Assembly: GCF_029504745.1 (NCBI RefSeq)
Contig: NZ_JAQFIQ010000003.1
Coordinates: forward strand, 1 to 32,000
Direction: 5' to 3'
Length of the DNA stretch: 32,000 nucleotides
From: Breznakia sp. PF5-3
GTDB taxonomy: Bacteria > Bacillota_I > Bacilli_A > Erysipelotrichales > Erysipelotrichaceae
Shown: positions 1-9,330 of the stretch, piece after piece
Layout: each line of letters opens with the position of its first letter
Numbering within the stretch: the stretch's first letter is position 1
The notes under the pieces: model-generated
Database searches by the model: none
Seen by the model: the letters and a program-made list of their open reading frames with translations, nothing else
Told to the model about the DNA's origin: nothing
Made by a program: the position numbers and the translations under genes

Positions 1-482
1 GTGAACACTCCCTAATTGAAGTATATCACATTCTCACGCACATTTACGTAAGTCTAATGTTTTATTAAGATATCTCTTAGCTTTATAATACGAAAGATGC
101 ATATATTTTTATGAAAGCTGGAGCAGTTGATGAATGTGAAGATCTTATGGAAGAAGTTCATGTTTAACAAGAACTTGGTATAGATCGTGTTTTAAGCGCT
201 GGAGGAAGAGGCAATGCAGAAGACAATGTAGAGCTTCTGCAAAATCTCCAAAAGTATTATGAAGAACATGTTGAAGTGCAAATATGTGGAGGAATTCGTT
301 CGCATAATGTAGAAAAATTACAAAAAATGATAAAAGTATCTAACATTCATAGTGCTTGTCGAGTTTTTCAACAAGACCGAAGCGATGAAAAAGCAAACGT
401 TTTAAATTATAGTAATGCATATGACAAGGTATCAAAGGAAGAGGTACAAAGAATGCATGCAATATTAAAACCACATATTTAG
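1..482 (+). pseudogene. cutC: Disrupted cutC-like gene (CutC copper-homeostasis family), C-terminal part only
   Basis: The frame of nt 111-482 reads MKAGAVDECEDLMEEVHV*QELGIDRVLSAGGRGNAEDNVELLQNLQKYYEEHVEVQICGGIRSHNVEKL... This resembles the CutC C-terminal half (G-[VI]-[DE]-R-[VI]-L-[ST]-x-GG ... GGGI..xN). There is an in-frame TAA at 165-167. All three + frames are closed by stops within nt 1-80. Only a GTG-started 68-aa ORF (276-482) remains open. Confidence 0.55.
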
Positions 483-490
483 CTAAAAGA

Positions 491-527
491 AAACACCATA
501 TGGTTATCCATATGGTGTTTGTTTTTT
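491..527 (+). terminator. Rho-independent terminator after the cutC remnant
   Basis: Perfect 13-bp stem AAACACCATATGG / CCATATGGTGTTT (491-503 / 508-520) with a TTAT loop, followed by GTTTTTT. Confidence 0.75.
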
Positions 528-530
528 AAT

Positions 531-554
531 AAAAAAGAGTTACTACTCTTCTTT
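531..554 (-). terminator. Rho-independent terminator of rpsT
   Basis: On the minus strand, just after the rpsT stop (556-558): AAGAGT-AGTA-ACTCTT hairpin (550-535) followed by a T-run (TTTTATT). Confidence 0.55.
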
Positions 555-555
555 G

Positions 556-819
556 TTATCCAATTGCATTGATTGCTTTAGCTAAACGCGACTTTTGTCT
601 AGAAGCATAATTTTTGTGATAAATTTTACTTGAAACAGCTTTATCTAAATTTTTGCTTGCTAAAGCGTAAGCTTCTGTAGCTGCTGCTTTGTCATTTGCT
701 TCTACTGCAACTTTCACTGCTTTAATTGCAGATCTTAATTGTGTTTTTTGTGAAGCATTTGCTAAATGTCTTTTATCATTAGTGATAACACGTTTCTTTT
801 GTGATTTAATGTTAGGCAT
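556..819 (-). CDS. rpsT: 30S ribosomal protein S20
   Basis: 87 aa, basic. MPNIKSQKKRV...LRSAIK...A...L.KA.S.KIYHKN.ASR.KSRL is the typical S20 signature. SD AGGAGGTG lies 6 nt upstream of the ATG. Confidence 0.95.
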   Translation of the reverse strand: MPNIKSQKKRVITNDKRHLANASQKTQLRSAIKAVKVAVEANDKAAATEAYALASKNLDKAVSSKIYHKNYASRQKSRLAKAINAIG

Positions 820-851
820 ACTTACACCTCCTAATTTTCATGTGCCATAAA

Positions 852-880
852 ATTATAGCAAACACTTGTTAAAAAAGCAA
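852..880 (-). promoter_or_regulatory. Candidate sigma-A promoter of rpsT
   Basis: Minus strand reads TTGCTT (880-875), a 17-nt spacer, then TATAAT (857-852), about 30 nt upstream of the rpsT ATG. Confidence 0.55.
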
Positions 881-891
881 CATGAAATCTT

Positions 892-919
892 TTACTTTTT
901 AATTATTAATTAGTATAAT
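892..919 (+). promoter_or_regulatory. Candidate promoter of fmt (divergent from rpsT)
   Basis: TTACTT (892-897), a 16-nt spacer, then TATAAT (914-919), 21 nt upstream of the fmt ATG. Confidence 0.35.
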
Positions 920-940
920 GTAGTACATTGAGGTGATTAT

Positions 941-1867
941 ATGAAACAGTTGAGGATTATATTTATGGGAACCCCAGATTTTGCATGTTCCATTTTAGAA
1001 AGTTTAATAAAATCGGAATATGAAGTAGTTGGTGTAGTATCCCAACCAGATAAAAAAGTTGGGAGAAAACAAATTATTCAAAAGACTCCAGTGAAGCAAC
1101 TTGCAGAAAAATATCATCTTCCTGTTTTTCAGCCACTTAAAATCAAAGAAGATTATAAAGATATTTTAGCATTAAATCCAGATTTGATTGTTACTTGTGC
1201 ATATGGACAGATGATACCAGAGCATATATTAAATACTCCTGTTTATGGGAGCTTAAATGTTCATGCCTCTTTGTTGCCGAAGCTTCGAGGTGGTGCACCA
1301 ATTCATAAAGCAATCATAACAGGGGAGAAGAAAACGGGTGTATCAATAATGCGAATGGTCAAAAAGATGGATGCTGGGGATTATATGCTTCAAAAAGAAA
1401 TCCCAATTGATGAACTTGATACAACAGGAACATTACATGATAAATTAATGAAAGTTGGAGCAGAGGCAATTATGGAAGCTATCCCATTGTTGATAAGTGG
1501 AAAAGCAGTTTTTGTGAAACAGGATGAGACCAAAGCAACATTTGCTTATAATATTTCAAAGGAAGAAGAAAAAATAGATTTAGACAAATCATATAAAGAT
1601 GTTTATAATCATATCAGGGGTTTGATTCCATGGCCAGTTGGTTATATTGATTTTTATGGAAAAAAACTAAAACTTCATGCTGTTCGTTTGTCAACAATTA
1701 CAAGTAGTCAAGCAATAGGAAAAGTTTTTGTGATGGATAAGAAATTATGTTTAGCTTGTCATGGTGGAGTACTTGAATTGTTAGAAGTACAATTAGAAGG
1801 GAAAAAGAAATGCAGTGATAAAGAATTTATCAATGGCAATAAAAATAAGTTAACTGGAGGCGACTAA
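941..1867 (+). CDS. fmt: Methionyl-tRNA formyltransferase
   Basis: 308 aa. N-terminus is IIFMGTPDFA; formyltransferase motif NVHASLLPKLRGGAPI; Fmt C-terminal domain present. SD GAGGTGA. Confidence 0.95.
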   Translation: MKQLRIIFMGTPDFACSILESLIKSEYEVVGVVSQPDKKVGRKQIIQKTPVKQLAEKYHLPVFQPLKIKEDYKDILALNPDLIVTCAYGQMIPEHILNTPVYGSLNVHASLLPKLRGGAPIHKAIITGEKKTGVSIMRMVKKMDAGDYMLQKEIPIDELDTTGTLHDKLMKVGAEAIMEAIPLLISGKAVFVKQDETKATFAYNISKEEEKIDLDKSYKDVYNHIRGLIPWPVGYIDFYGKKLKLHAVRLSTITSSQAIGKVFVMDKKLCLACHGGVLELLEVQLEGKKKCSDKEFINGNKNKLTGGD

Positions 1868-1868
1868 T

Positions 1869-2369
1869 ATGAATATCAAAAAAATTGTTGTTTGTGGATT
1901 TGGAACAGCAATGGTGTTTCTACTAACAGTATTTATTGTAGTACCAATGCCAGCAATGGGATATGTTAATTTTGGTGATAGTGGAATATTACTGTTTGCT
2001 AGTATTGTAAATCCGCTAGCAGCCGCTTTTATAGGTGGTGTTGGTAGTGCAATGGCAGATATTTATCTAGGTTATTCACAATATGCACTTTTCACACTTA
2101 TCATCAAAGGATTAGAAGGATTATTTGTGGCATATTTATTTCACAAATTGCCATATAAATATCGTTTCCTTAGTTTTGGTGTAGGTATACTAGTCATGAT
2201 TGGCGGTTACTATATTACAGATGTTATATTACTAAGTGACTTTATTGCGGTTTTACCAGCAGTACAAGGAAATTTAATACAAGGTAGTGTGAGTTTAGTG
2301 TTAGCGGCAGTTGCTCAAGTAACATTTCAAAAGGTTGCTTCCAAGCATCCTGCATTATTTAAATTATAG
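1869..2369 (+). CDS. Small polytopic membrane protein, ECF-transporter S-component-like (substrate unknown)
   Basis: 166 aa with 5-6 predicted TM helices. The pattern [52 protein letters not shown] is typical of energy-coupling-factor substrate-capture subunits. The ATG lies 1 nt after the fmt stop (TAATATG), with GGAGG 8 nt upstream. Confidence 0.6.
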   Translation: MNIKKIVVCGFGTAMVFLLTVFIVVPMPAMGYVNFGDSGILLFASIVNPLAAAFIGGVGSAMADIYLGYSQYALFTLIIKGLEGLFVAYLFHKLPYKYRFLSFGVGILVMIGGYYITDVILLSDFIAVLPAVQGNLIQGSVSLVLAAVAQVTFQKVASKHPALFKL

Positions 2370-2392
2370 AGGTTAGAAGAAGGAGATTTGCT

Positions 2393-4195
2393 ATGAATCA
2401 AAAAAATATTCGCAATTTTTCTATTATCGCCCATATTGATCATGGTAAGTCAACTTTGGCAGATAGAATTTTGGAGTTAACGGACACAGTTGAACAAAGA
2501 GATATGAAATCACAGCTTTTAGATAGTATGGATCTAGAGAGAGAGCGTGGTATTACAATCAAATTGAATGCTGTGCAATTAAAATATAAAAGTAAAAATG
2601 GAGAAGAATATATCTTTCATTTAATTGATACGCCAGGACATGTGGATTTCACATATGAAGTTTCGCGTTCTTTAGCAGCTTGTGATGGAGCTATTTTAGT
2701 TGTTGATGCGGCTCAAGGTATTGAAGCGCAAACACTAGCTAATGTTTATCTTGCAATTGATAATGATTTAGAAATTTTACCAGTAATCAATAAAATTGAT
2801 TTACCTAGTGCAAGAGCAGATGTGGTAAAAGAAGAAATTGAAAATGTTATTGGATTAGATGCATCGTATGCACCAATGATTAGTGCTAAAAGTGGAAAAA
2901 ATGTGGAAGATGTACTTGAAGCGATTGTAAAGTATATTCCTGCACCTAAAGGTGATGTTAAGGAACCTTTAAAAGCATTGGTGTTTGATTCTCTTTATGA
3001 TCCTTATCGAGGTATAATTGCTTACATCAGTATTAAAGAAGGAAAGATTGCCGTAGGTGATCGCATCCGCTTTATGGCAACAGGAGCAGAATATGAAGTA
3101 TTAGAAGTTGGTATTCGAAATCCAAAAGAAGTAAAAAAAGAAGAACTTGTTTGTGGAGAAGTTGGCTGGATTAGTGCAGCAATCAAATCGATAAAAGATG
3201 TGCGTGTAGGGGATACAATTACCCAGGTGTCAAACCCAGCCATTGAACCCTTAGCAGGGTATCGTGTCATGAATCCTATGGTTTATTGTGGTTTGTATCC
3301 AATTGATAGTGCAAAATATAATGATTTACGTGAAGCATTAGATAAACTTCAACTGAATGATGCATCTTTGCAATTTGAACCAGAAACTTCACAAGCACTA
3401 GGGTTTGGGTTTCGTTGTGGTTTTTTAGGTTTACTGCATATGGATGTTATTCAAGAGCGAATTGAGAGAGAATATAATATACCTTTGATTGCAACAGCAC
3501 CTAGTGTTGTTTATCATGCATTTATGAGTGATGGATCTATGGTTTTAGTTGACAATCCTTCGTTACTTCCAGACCCACAAAAAATCGATCATATTGAAGA
3601 ACCATTTGTGAAGGCCTCTATTATGGTACCAAATGAATTTGTTGGTCCAATAATGGAATTGTGTCAAAAGAAACGTGGTCAATATAAAGATATGATTTAT
3701 ATTGATGATACACGTATGAATTTAATATATGAACTTCCGCTTGGGGAAATCGTATTTGATTTTTTTGATCGTCTTAAATCCTTAAGTAAAGGATATGCAT
3801 CTTTTGATTATGAATTGATAGGATATCAAACTTCCAGACTTTCAAAGATGGATATTTTATTAAATGGGGAAATCGTGGATGCGTTAAGTGTAATTGTTCA
3901 TCGTGAATTTGCATATCCAAGAGGGAAAGCGATAGTTGAAAAGTTGAAGAAATTGATTCCTAAACATCAGTTTGAAATTCCAATCCAAGCTGCTATCGGT
4001 GGCAAAATTATCGCACGTAGCAATATTAAGTCATTAAGAAAGAATGTTTTGGCAAAATGTTATGGTGGAGATATTTCGAGAAAGAAAAAATTATTAGAGA
4101 AACAAAAAGAAGGAAAAAAACGGATGAAAGCAGTTGGTTCAGTAGAAGTGCCACAAGAGGCTTTCATGGCAGTTCTTTCAATGGAGGAAGAGTAA
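2393..4195 (+). CDS. lepA: Translation elongation factor 4 (LepA)
   Basis: 600 aa. GTPase motifs [14 protein letters not shown] and NKIDL; LepA-specific C-terminal region ([25 protein letters not shown]). Confidence 0.97.
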   Translation: MNQKNIRNFSIIAHIDHGKSTLADRILELTDTVEQRDMKSQLLDSMDLERERGITIKLNAVQLKYKSKNGEEYIFHLIDTPGHVDFTYEVSRSLAACDGAILVVDAAQGIEAQTLANVYLAIDNDLEILPVINKIDLPSARADVVKEEIENVIGLDASYAPMISAKSGKNVEDVLEAIVKYIPAPKGDVKEPLKALVFDSLYDPYRGIIAYISIKEGKIAVGDRIRFMATGAEYEVLEVGIRNPKEVKKEELVCGEVGWISAAIKSIKDVRVGDTITQVSNPAIEPLAGYRVMNPMVYCGLYPIDSAKYNDLREALDKLQLNDASLQFEPETSQALGFGFRCGFLGLLHMDVIQERIEREYNIPLIATAPSVVYHAFMSDGSMVLVDNPSLLPDPQKIDHIEEPFVKASIMVPNEFVGPIMELCQKKRGQYKDMIYIDDTRMNLIYELPLGEIVFDFFDRLKSLSKGYASFDYELIGYQTSRLSKMDILLNGEIVDALSVIVHREFAYPRGKAIVEKLKKLIPKHQFEIPIQAAIGGKIIARSNIKSLRKNVLAKCYGGDISRKKKLLEKQKEGKKRMKAVGSVEVPQEAFMAVLSMEEE

Positions 4196-4686
4196 TGATT
4201 GAAATCACAATGGCAAAAGATGTGGATATTGCTTCGGTTGCTAATTTAGCGAAATCAATATGGGAAGAACATTTCACACCAATTATAGGAGAAGATCAAG
4301 TTGCATATATGGTGGATAAATTCCAATCAGAAGAAGCAATTAAAAATCAAATTTTAAACGAGGGGTATACCTATTATAAAATTGTTGAAGATAAACAATT
4401 GGTTGGGTATATGGCAGTTAAGTTTAATGAAGAAGAGACCTTTTTGAGTAAGTTGTATTTACATGAAAGTGTTAGAGGGAAAGGGTATGCTTCATTTGCT
4501 TTAAAGTTTTTGCAATTACTATGTAAAGAGCGAGGTTGTCACTCTATTTGGTTAACTTGTAATAAGGATAATGCAAATACAATTGCTAAGTATAAAAAGA
4601 TGGGTTTTGAAATTTTTGATAGTGTTGTAAATGATATTGACAATGGATTTGTAATGGATGATTATTATTTGAGGAAGACTTTTTAA
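4195..4686 (+). CDS. GNAT family N-acetyltransferase
   Basis: 163 aa from ATG 4195, which overlaps the lepA stop (TAATG); GGAGGA lies 6 nt upstream. Acetyl-CoA motif A is VRGKGYASFAL, followed by NANTIAKYKKMGF. The tracked 209-aa ORF starts inside lepA and is probably over-extended. Confidence 0.85.
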   Translation: MIEITMAKDVDIASVANLAKSIWEEHFTPIIGEDQVAYMVDKFQSEEAIKNQILNEGYTYYKIVEDKQLVGYMAVKFNEEETFLSKLYLHESVRGKGYASFALKFLQLLCKERGCHSIWLTCNKDNANTIAKYKKMGFEIFDSVVNDIDNGFVMDDYYLRKTF

Positions 4687-4732
4687 GTTTTCCTTTTTTA
4701 GTGCTATACTTATTAGGAAGTGAGGTGAGGGT

Positions 4733-5851
4733 ATGGCAGATGCATTATATTTGCACGTTCCTTTTTGTGAAACGATTTGTTATTATTGTGATTTTAAACG
4801 AAGTTTATATCAAGAAAAGGTTGTTAATGATTGGTTGGATGCATTGGAACATGAACTTGATGAAAAAGATATAAATAAAAGTTTAAAAACGATATATATT
4901 GGTGGTGGGACACCAACAAGTTTAAATATGGATCAACTAGAACGTTTGCTGACACGATTAGAGCCTTATACAGAGGAATTAGAAGAGTTTACAATAGAAT
5001 CCAACTTGGAATCGATAGATGCAGAGAAATTAGCTCTATTGAAGCGTTATAAAGTGAATCGGATATCTTTAGGTGTGCAATCTTTTGATGATGATTTACT
5101 TGTTTACATGAATCGTAGCCATACGGTTAAAGACATTAAACCAACCATTGAACTTGTCGCAAACTATATAAATAATATTTCAATTGATTTAATGTATGGA
5201 CTTTTCTCACAGACCTATGAAGTTTGGGAAAAGACATTAACAAAAGTAGTGGAAATAGAAGCGGTGACGCATGTATCAGTATATTCATTAACAATTGAAG
5301 AAAATAGTGTATTTTACAAACAGGGAGTTAAGCAAATAGAAAATGAGTCAGAAGCAAAAATGTATCAAATGGCAATAGATTATTTAACATCACATGGGTT
5401 TGTACAATATGAAGTTGCTAATTTTGCTAAACCTGAATTTTCATCAAAGCATAACCAATATTATTGGCGATATGATGATTTTTATGGAATCGGTGTAGGC
5501 GCTAGTGGGAAAGAAAATCACAAACGCTATACTAATAACTTTTCTATTCAAGCGTATATAGAAGGAAGTGGGAAACCAGAAATTGAAGAGCTTACGAATA
5601 AGGATGAAATGTTTGAATTCATCATGATGAATGTGAGACTTAGAGAAGGGTTATCATTAAAGAGGTTTGAATCTTTGTTTCATTATTCTTTTGAAGACCT
5701 CTTTACAACGCTTATTACAAAGTTAATAAAAAAACAAGCTGCCGTTTGTGGACCTACACATTTTATTATTACCGAAACAGGGATGATGTATTTACATGAC
5801 ATCTTAGTTTCTTTTTGGGAGGTATTAGATGAAAGAGAAGACATTGCATAG
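4733..5851 (+). CDS. hemW: Radical SAM family heme chaperone HemW (HemN-like, oxygen-independent coproporphyrinogen oxidase family)
   Basis: 372 aa. Radical-SAM CxxxCxxC motif (CETICYYCDF), GGGTP, and a HemN_C-like tail. The position after lepA matches Bacillus. Confidence 0.9.
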   Translation: MADALYLHVPFCETICYYCDFKRSLYQEKVVNDWLDALEHELDEKDINKSLKTIYIGGGTPTSLNMDQLERLLTRLEPYTEELEEFTIESNLESIDAEKLALLKRYKVNRISLGVQSFDDDLLVYMNRSHTVKDIKPTIELVANYINNISIDLMYGLFSQTYEVWEKTLTKVVEIEAVTHVSVYSLTIEENSVFYKQGVKQIENESEAKMYQMAIDYLTSHGFVQYEVANFAKPEFSSKHNQYYWRYDDFYGIGVGASGKENHKRYTNNFSIQAYIEGSGKPEIEELTNKDEMFEFIMMNVRLREGLSLKRFESLFHYSFEDLFTTLITKLIKKQAAVCGPTHFIITETGMMYLHDILVSFWEVLDEREDIA

Positions 5852-6359
5852 TGAATGTGTATATGATGGTAAGATTATTCAAGTAGATCGAGATGAAGTT
5901 TCTATTGATGGAAAAATGACAATCCGAGAAGTAGTTCATAATAGTGGTGGGGTTAGTGTCTTAGCGATAACAGAAGAGCAAGAAGTAATTTTGGTGAAAC
6001 AGTATCGTTATCCTTCGAAAGAAGAATTATATGAAATTGCTGGTGGAAAACAAAATCCAAATGAAACATTTATTGAAGCAGGTATGCGTGAGTTAAAAGA
6101 AGAAACAGGATATATCAGTAAAGATACTCATTATTTCGGCTATTTATATCCAAGTGTTGCGTATGTAGATGAAGTGATTCATCTTGTAGTTGCTAAAAAC
6201 TGTATTTACCAAGAAAAGCAATTAGATGATGGAGAGTATACAGAAACAGTTGTTTTGCCACTAGAAGAAGTGTTAAAGATGATTCAACAAAACAAAATAA
6301 AAGATGCAAAAACAATCGTTGCCATTTTAAAATATGTAAGTTTCTTGAATTATAAATAA
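5829..6359 (+). CDS. NUDIX hydrolase (ADP-ribose pyrophosphatase-like)
   Basis: 176 aa. Complete Nudix box GGKQNPNETFIEAGMRELKEETGY (Gx5Ex7REUxEExGU). GGAGG lies 6 nt upstream. Overlaps the hemW end by 23 nt. Confidence 0.9.
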   Translation: MKEKTLHSECVYDGKIIQVDRDEVSIDGKMTIREVVHNSGGVSVLAITEEQEVILVKQYRYPSKEELYEIAGGKQNPNETFIEAGMRELKEETGYISKDTHYFGYLYPSVAYVDEVIHLVVAKNCIYQEKQLDDGEYTETVVLPLEEVLKMIQQNKIKDAKTIVAILKYVSFLNYK

Positions 6360-6380
6360 ATATAAAGCAGTTGTATTAAA

Positions 6381-6414
6381 AAAAGTCATCAAACATTATG
6401 TTTTGATGACTTTT
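6381..6414. terminator. Convergent (bidirectional) terminator hairpin between the NUDIX gene and trkH
   Basis: 13-bp stem AAAAGTCATCAAA / TTTGATGACTTTT (6381-6393 / 6402-6414). A T-run follows on the minus strand (TTTTTTTAAT) and a weaker one on the plus strand. The hairpin covers the last codons and stop of trkH (stop at 6389-6391). Confidence 0.6.
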
Positions 6415-7858
6415 GTCTTTTCCATACACTAGGTGAAAATAGTAATAACATTGGAATCAGTTCCAAACGACCAGCTAACATATCAAAAGATAATGTTAAT
6501 TTTGATAAAACTGAAAAATTTGCGTATGAACTCATTGGTCCAGCTTCACCTAACGCGGGGCCGATATTGTTAAAGGTTGCATTTACTGCACTGAAGTTTG
6601 ACAAGAAATCAAACTTATCAAAAGAAATGATAATTACAGATACAATCATGATAACTAAGTAGATGACCAAATAGGCACTAACAGAGCTAATAGTATCTTT
6701 ATCAACTATTTTATCATCTAGTTTCACAACTTTAACACTACGTGGATGAACAAAGGATCTTAAGTGGATAAATGAACTTTTAATTAAAATTACTAAACGT
6801 GGTACTTTAAATCCACCTCCAGTACTACCAGCACAAGCTCCAACAAACATCAAAAGAAGCAATATCATTTTTGAAAATTGAGGCCACAAATTGAAGTCGG
6901 TAGTAGCATATCCTGTGGTTGTAATAATGGAACCTACTTGGAAAGAACTTTGAAGTAAAGCAGTAGCTAAATCTCCAACTTGATCAATAATATTAAAAGT
7001 TATAAAGATGATGGCAAGAAAAATGATACCTAGATAGAAACGCAATTCTTCTGATTTCAAAAAATCTTTTACCTTTTTTAATAACAATAAATAATAAAGA
7101 TTGAAGTTGATTCCAAACAAAATCATAAAAATCGTTAAAATGATCTGTAGGTGAGGGGCATATGCACCAGCACCTGCACTAGATATTGAAAAACCTCCAG
7201 TACCAGCAGTACCTAATGCCATGGTTAGAGAATCAAAAATCGGCATTCCACCAATGATTAGCAATAAGATAAGAAGGATTGTCATTGCGATATATATACC
7301 ATATAAAATTTTTGCTGTTGATTTAATCCTAGGTACAAGTTTTCCTACTGATGGACCAGGGCTTTCAGCACGCATCAAATGCATTGTATTTCCTGTGCTG
7401 CGATTTTCGGAAGGTAATATTGCTAATACAAAAACTAACACTCCCATTCCACCAATCCAGTGAGTAAAGCTTCGCCAAAAAATCATACATTTTGATAATG
7501 AATCAACATCTTTTACGACACTTGCTCCAGTTGTTGTGAACCCTGAGATAGTTTCAAACAGGGCATCGTGAAATAGTGGTATTTCGCCACTGATTATAAA
7601 TGGCAATGCCCCCATGATACTTAAGATAATCCAACTTAAGGCAACTGTTGCAAATCCATCACGCATTCGAAAAGATGTATTTTTTGGTTTTTTCATTGAA
7701 AGTAAATAACCCAATGTAGCACAAATGGCAATGGTTATTAGAAAAGCTACACCGCTACTTTCTTGATAAATAAGAGCAGTCACTAAAGGAAAAATCATAC
7801 AGATTGACTCTAGTCTTAAAACCCACCCTAAAATATACTTAACTATTGAATAATTCAT
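6389..7858 (-). CDS. trkH: TrkH family potassium uptake protein (membrane subunit)
   Basis: 489 aa polytopic membrane protein. Four pore-loop-like glycine motifs: SGFTTTGAS, GTAGTGGFS, TTTGYAT, GSTGGGFKV. Lies directly downstream of trkA. Confidence 0.9.
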   Translation of the reverse strand: MNYSIVKYILGWVLRLESICMIFPLVTALIYQESSGVAFLITIAICATLGYLLSMKKPKNTSFRMRDGFATVALSWIILSIMGALPFIISGEIPLFHDALFETISGFTTTGASVVKDVDSLSKCMIFWRSFTHWIGGMGVLVFVLAILPSENRSTGNTMHLMRAESPGPSVGKLVPRIKSTAKILYGIYIAMTILLILLLIIGGMPIFDSLTMALGTAGTGGFSISSAGAGAYAPHLQIILTIFMILFGINFNLYYLLLLKKVKDFLKSEELRFYLGIIFLAIIFITFNIIDQVGDLATALLQSSFQVGSIITTTGYATTDFNLWPQFSKMILLLLMFVGACAGSTGGGFKVPRLVILIKSSFIHLRSFVHPRSVKVVKLDDKIVDKDTISSVSAYLVIYLVIMIVSVIIISFDKFDFLSNFSAVNATFNNIGPALGEAGPMSSYANFSVLSKLTLSFDMLAGRLELIPMLLLFSPSVWKRQKSSKHNV

Positions 7859-7866
7859 ATCTACCC

Positions 7867-9231
7867 CTATTTCAAGATATCCTTGATATCATTAAGTCCA
7901 CGATTTGTTGTTACAACAATTACAGTGTCACCCAATTGAATTGTATCATTTCCTCTTGGGATGATAATTTTTCCATTACGATTGATACAACTAATCAACA
8001 AATTATCTTTTGTTTCCAAATCAATCAATGGTATGTTAGTAACAATTGAATTATCACATACTTTAAATTCTAAAGCTTCTGCTTTTGAATTTACGATTCG
8101 ATACAGTGTTTCAACATTGCTTCCCAGTGAATTTTGAAGGGAACGAACATAACGAATGATAGTGTATGATGTTAACATTTTCGGAGAAATGATACTCCCC
8201 AATGGAAGATTGCCAATAATATTATCAAATGTAGAACGTTTTACCTTAGTAACTAGTTTCATATTATCTGCTACACTTTGTGCATACATTGATAACATAA
8301 TGTTTTCCTCATCCATATTGGTAAGTGAAACAAAAGCTTCAGCATCTTCTAAACCTACTTCTAAAAGTAGATTTTGATCGGTTGCATCTCCAAAGATAAC
8401 ATTTGCTTTTGGTAAAAGGGAACTAAGCTCTTCACAACGTTCTTTCTTCTTTTCAATGATTGTTGTTTCAATTCCCATTTGTAATAATTGTTTTGATAAA
8501 TAGTAACCAATGGTACTACCACCAACAATCATCGTTGTTTTTACAGCACGTGTTTCAGCTCCGATTTGATAAAAGAATTTACTTGTATTACTAGGTGTAC
8601 CAACGATATAAATCTTATCTTTTGCCTGTAAAACTGCATTACCATCAGGGATGATAACTTCTTCTCCTCTTTCAATAGCACAAACAAGAACTTCTGCTTT
8701 TGCCTGTTGAGTAAGTTGAGAAATTTGCATTTGATCCAAAGTAGAGCCTTCTTTAATACAAAATTGGATAATTTCTGCTTTTCCTTTTGCGAAAGTATCA
8801 ATTTTAGATGCAGAAGGAAATCTTAAAATTCGAGCAATTTCGCTCGCTGCAGTAAATTCAGGATTGATAATCATGGACAATCCAATGGCATCTTTAATAA
8901 ATTCAGACTCCATTTTATAAATAGGATTACGTACTCTAGCAATCGTATTAAGTTCGCGTCCTTTTTTTGCCATTACACAACAAAGTAAATTTAGTTCATC
9001 ATAGTTTGTAACAGCAATAAATAAGTCCGCATTTTCCACACCGGCATCTTGTTGTACTGTATAGCTTCCTGCATTTCCAACAATCCCCATGACATCCAAA
9101 TCAATACAGACTTGCTCTAAAATCTCAGCACGTTGATCAATTAATGTTATATCATGACCTTCTTCGTTTAATGTTGCAGCTAATGTGCTCCCCACCTTAC
9201 CGCAACCAGCAATAATAATATTCACGTACAT
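7867..9231 (-). CDS. trkA: Trk system potassium uptake protein TrkA (tandem RCK/NAD-binding)
   Basis: 454 aa. Two Rossmann GxGxxG segments (IIAGCGKVGSTLA; MIVGGSTIGYYLS), each followed by an RCK_C-like region. SD GGGAGG. Confidence 0.9.
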   Translation of the reverse strand: MYVNIIIAGCGKVGSTLAATLNEEGHDITLIDQRAEILEQVCIDLDVMGIVGNAGSYTVQQDAGVENADLFIAVTNYDELNLLCCVMAKKGRELNTIARVRNPIYKMESEFIKDAIGLSMIINPEFTAASEIARILRFPSASKIDTFAKGKAEIIQFCIKEGSTLDQMQISQLTQQAKAEVLVCAIERGEEVIIPDGNAVLQAKDKIYIVGTPSNTSKFFYQIGAETRAVKTTMIVGGSTIGYYLSKQLLQMGIETTIIEKKKERCEELSSLLPKANVIFGDATDQNLLLEVGLEDAEAFVSLTNMDEENIMLSMYAQSVADNMKLVTKVKRSTFDNIIGNLPLGSIISPKMLTSYTIIRYVRSLQNSLGSNVETLYRIVNSKAEALEFKVCDNSIVTNIPLIDLETKDNLLISCINRNGKIIIPRGNDTIQLGDTVIVVTTNRGLNDIKDILK

Positions 9232-9264
9232 TTCCTCCCAATAACTACTACATAAAGTATCTCT

Positions 9265-9293
9265 ATCATAGCACTAACAATGATCTATCGCAA
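9265..9293 (-). promoter_or_regulatory. Candidate promoter of trkA-trkH
   Basis: Minus strand reads TTGCGA (9293-9288), a 17-nt spacer, then TGcTATGAT (extended -10, hexamer 9270-9265). This leaves a leader of about 30 nt. Confidence 0.5.
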
Positions 9294-9330
9294 CAAAGGA
9301 AAAGAAAAATCAAAAATATGAAAAAAGGGG

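Noticed and set aside
165-167. The in-frame TAA in the cutC-like frame as recoding or an alternative genetic code.
   Set aside because: TAA is used as a normal stop by many genes in this window (fmt, lepA, rpsT and others), and the upstream part of the gene is also broken in every frame.
1865-1871. A riboswitch (THF or other) controlling the ECF S-component-like gene.
   Set aside because: Only 1 nt separates it from fmt. The fmt leader is about 20 nt, which is too short for any known riboswitch.
4057-4194. The 46-codon N-terminal extension of the GNAT ORF, overlapping lepA out of frame.
   Set aside because: The extension is basic low-complexity sequence with no SD. ATG 4195 has GGAGGA at ideal spacing, and the GNAT fold starts there.
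4195-4686. The GNAT as the toxin of a GNAT/RHH (TacT/AtaT-like) toxin-antitoxin pair.
   Set aside because: There is no small antitoxin ORF upstream or downstream; the neighbours are lepA and hemW with tight spacing.
9232-9330. A c-di-AMP (ydaO-type) riboswitch or other long leader upstream of trkA-trkH.
   Set aside because: The good promoter match at 9265-9293 leaves only about 30 nt of leader, and no conserved structured element is visible in the 99-nt gap.
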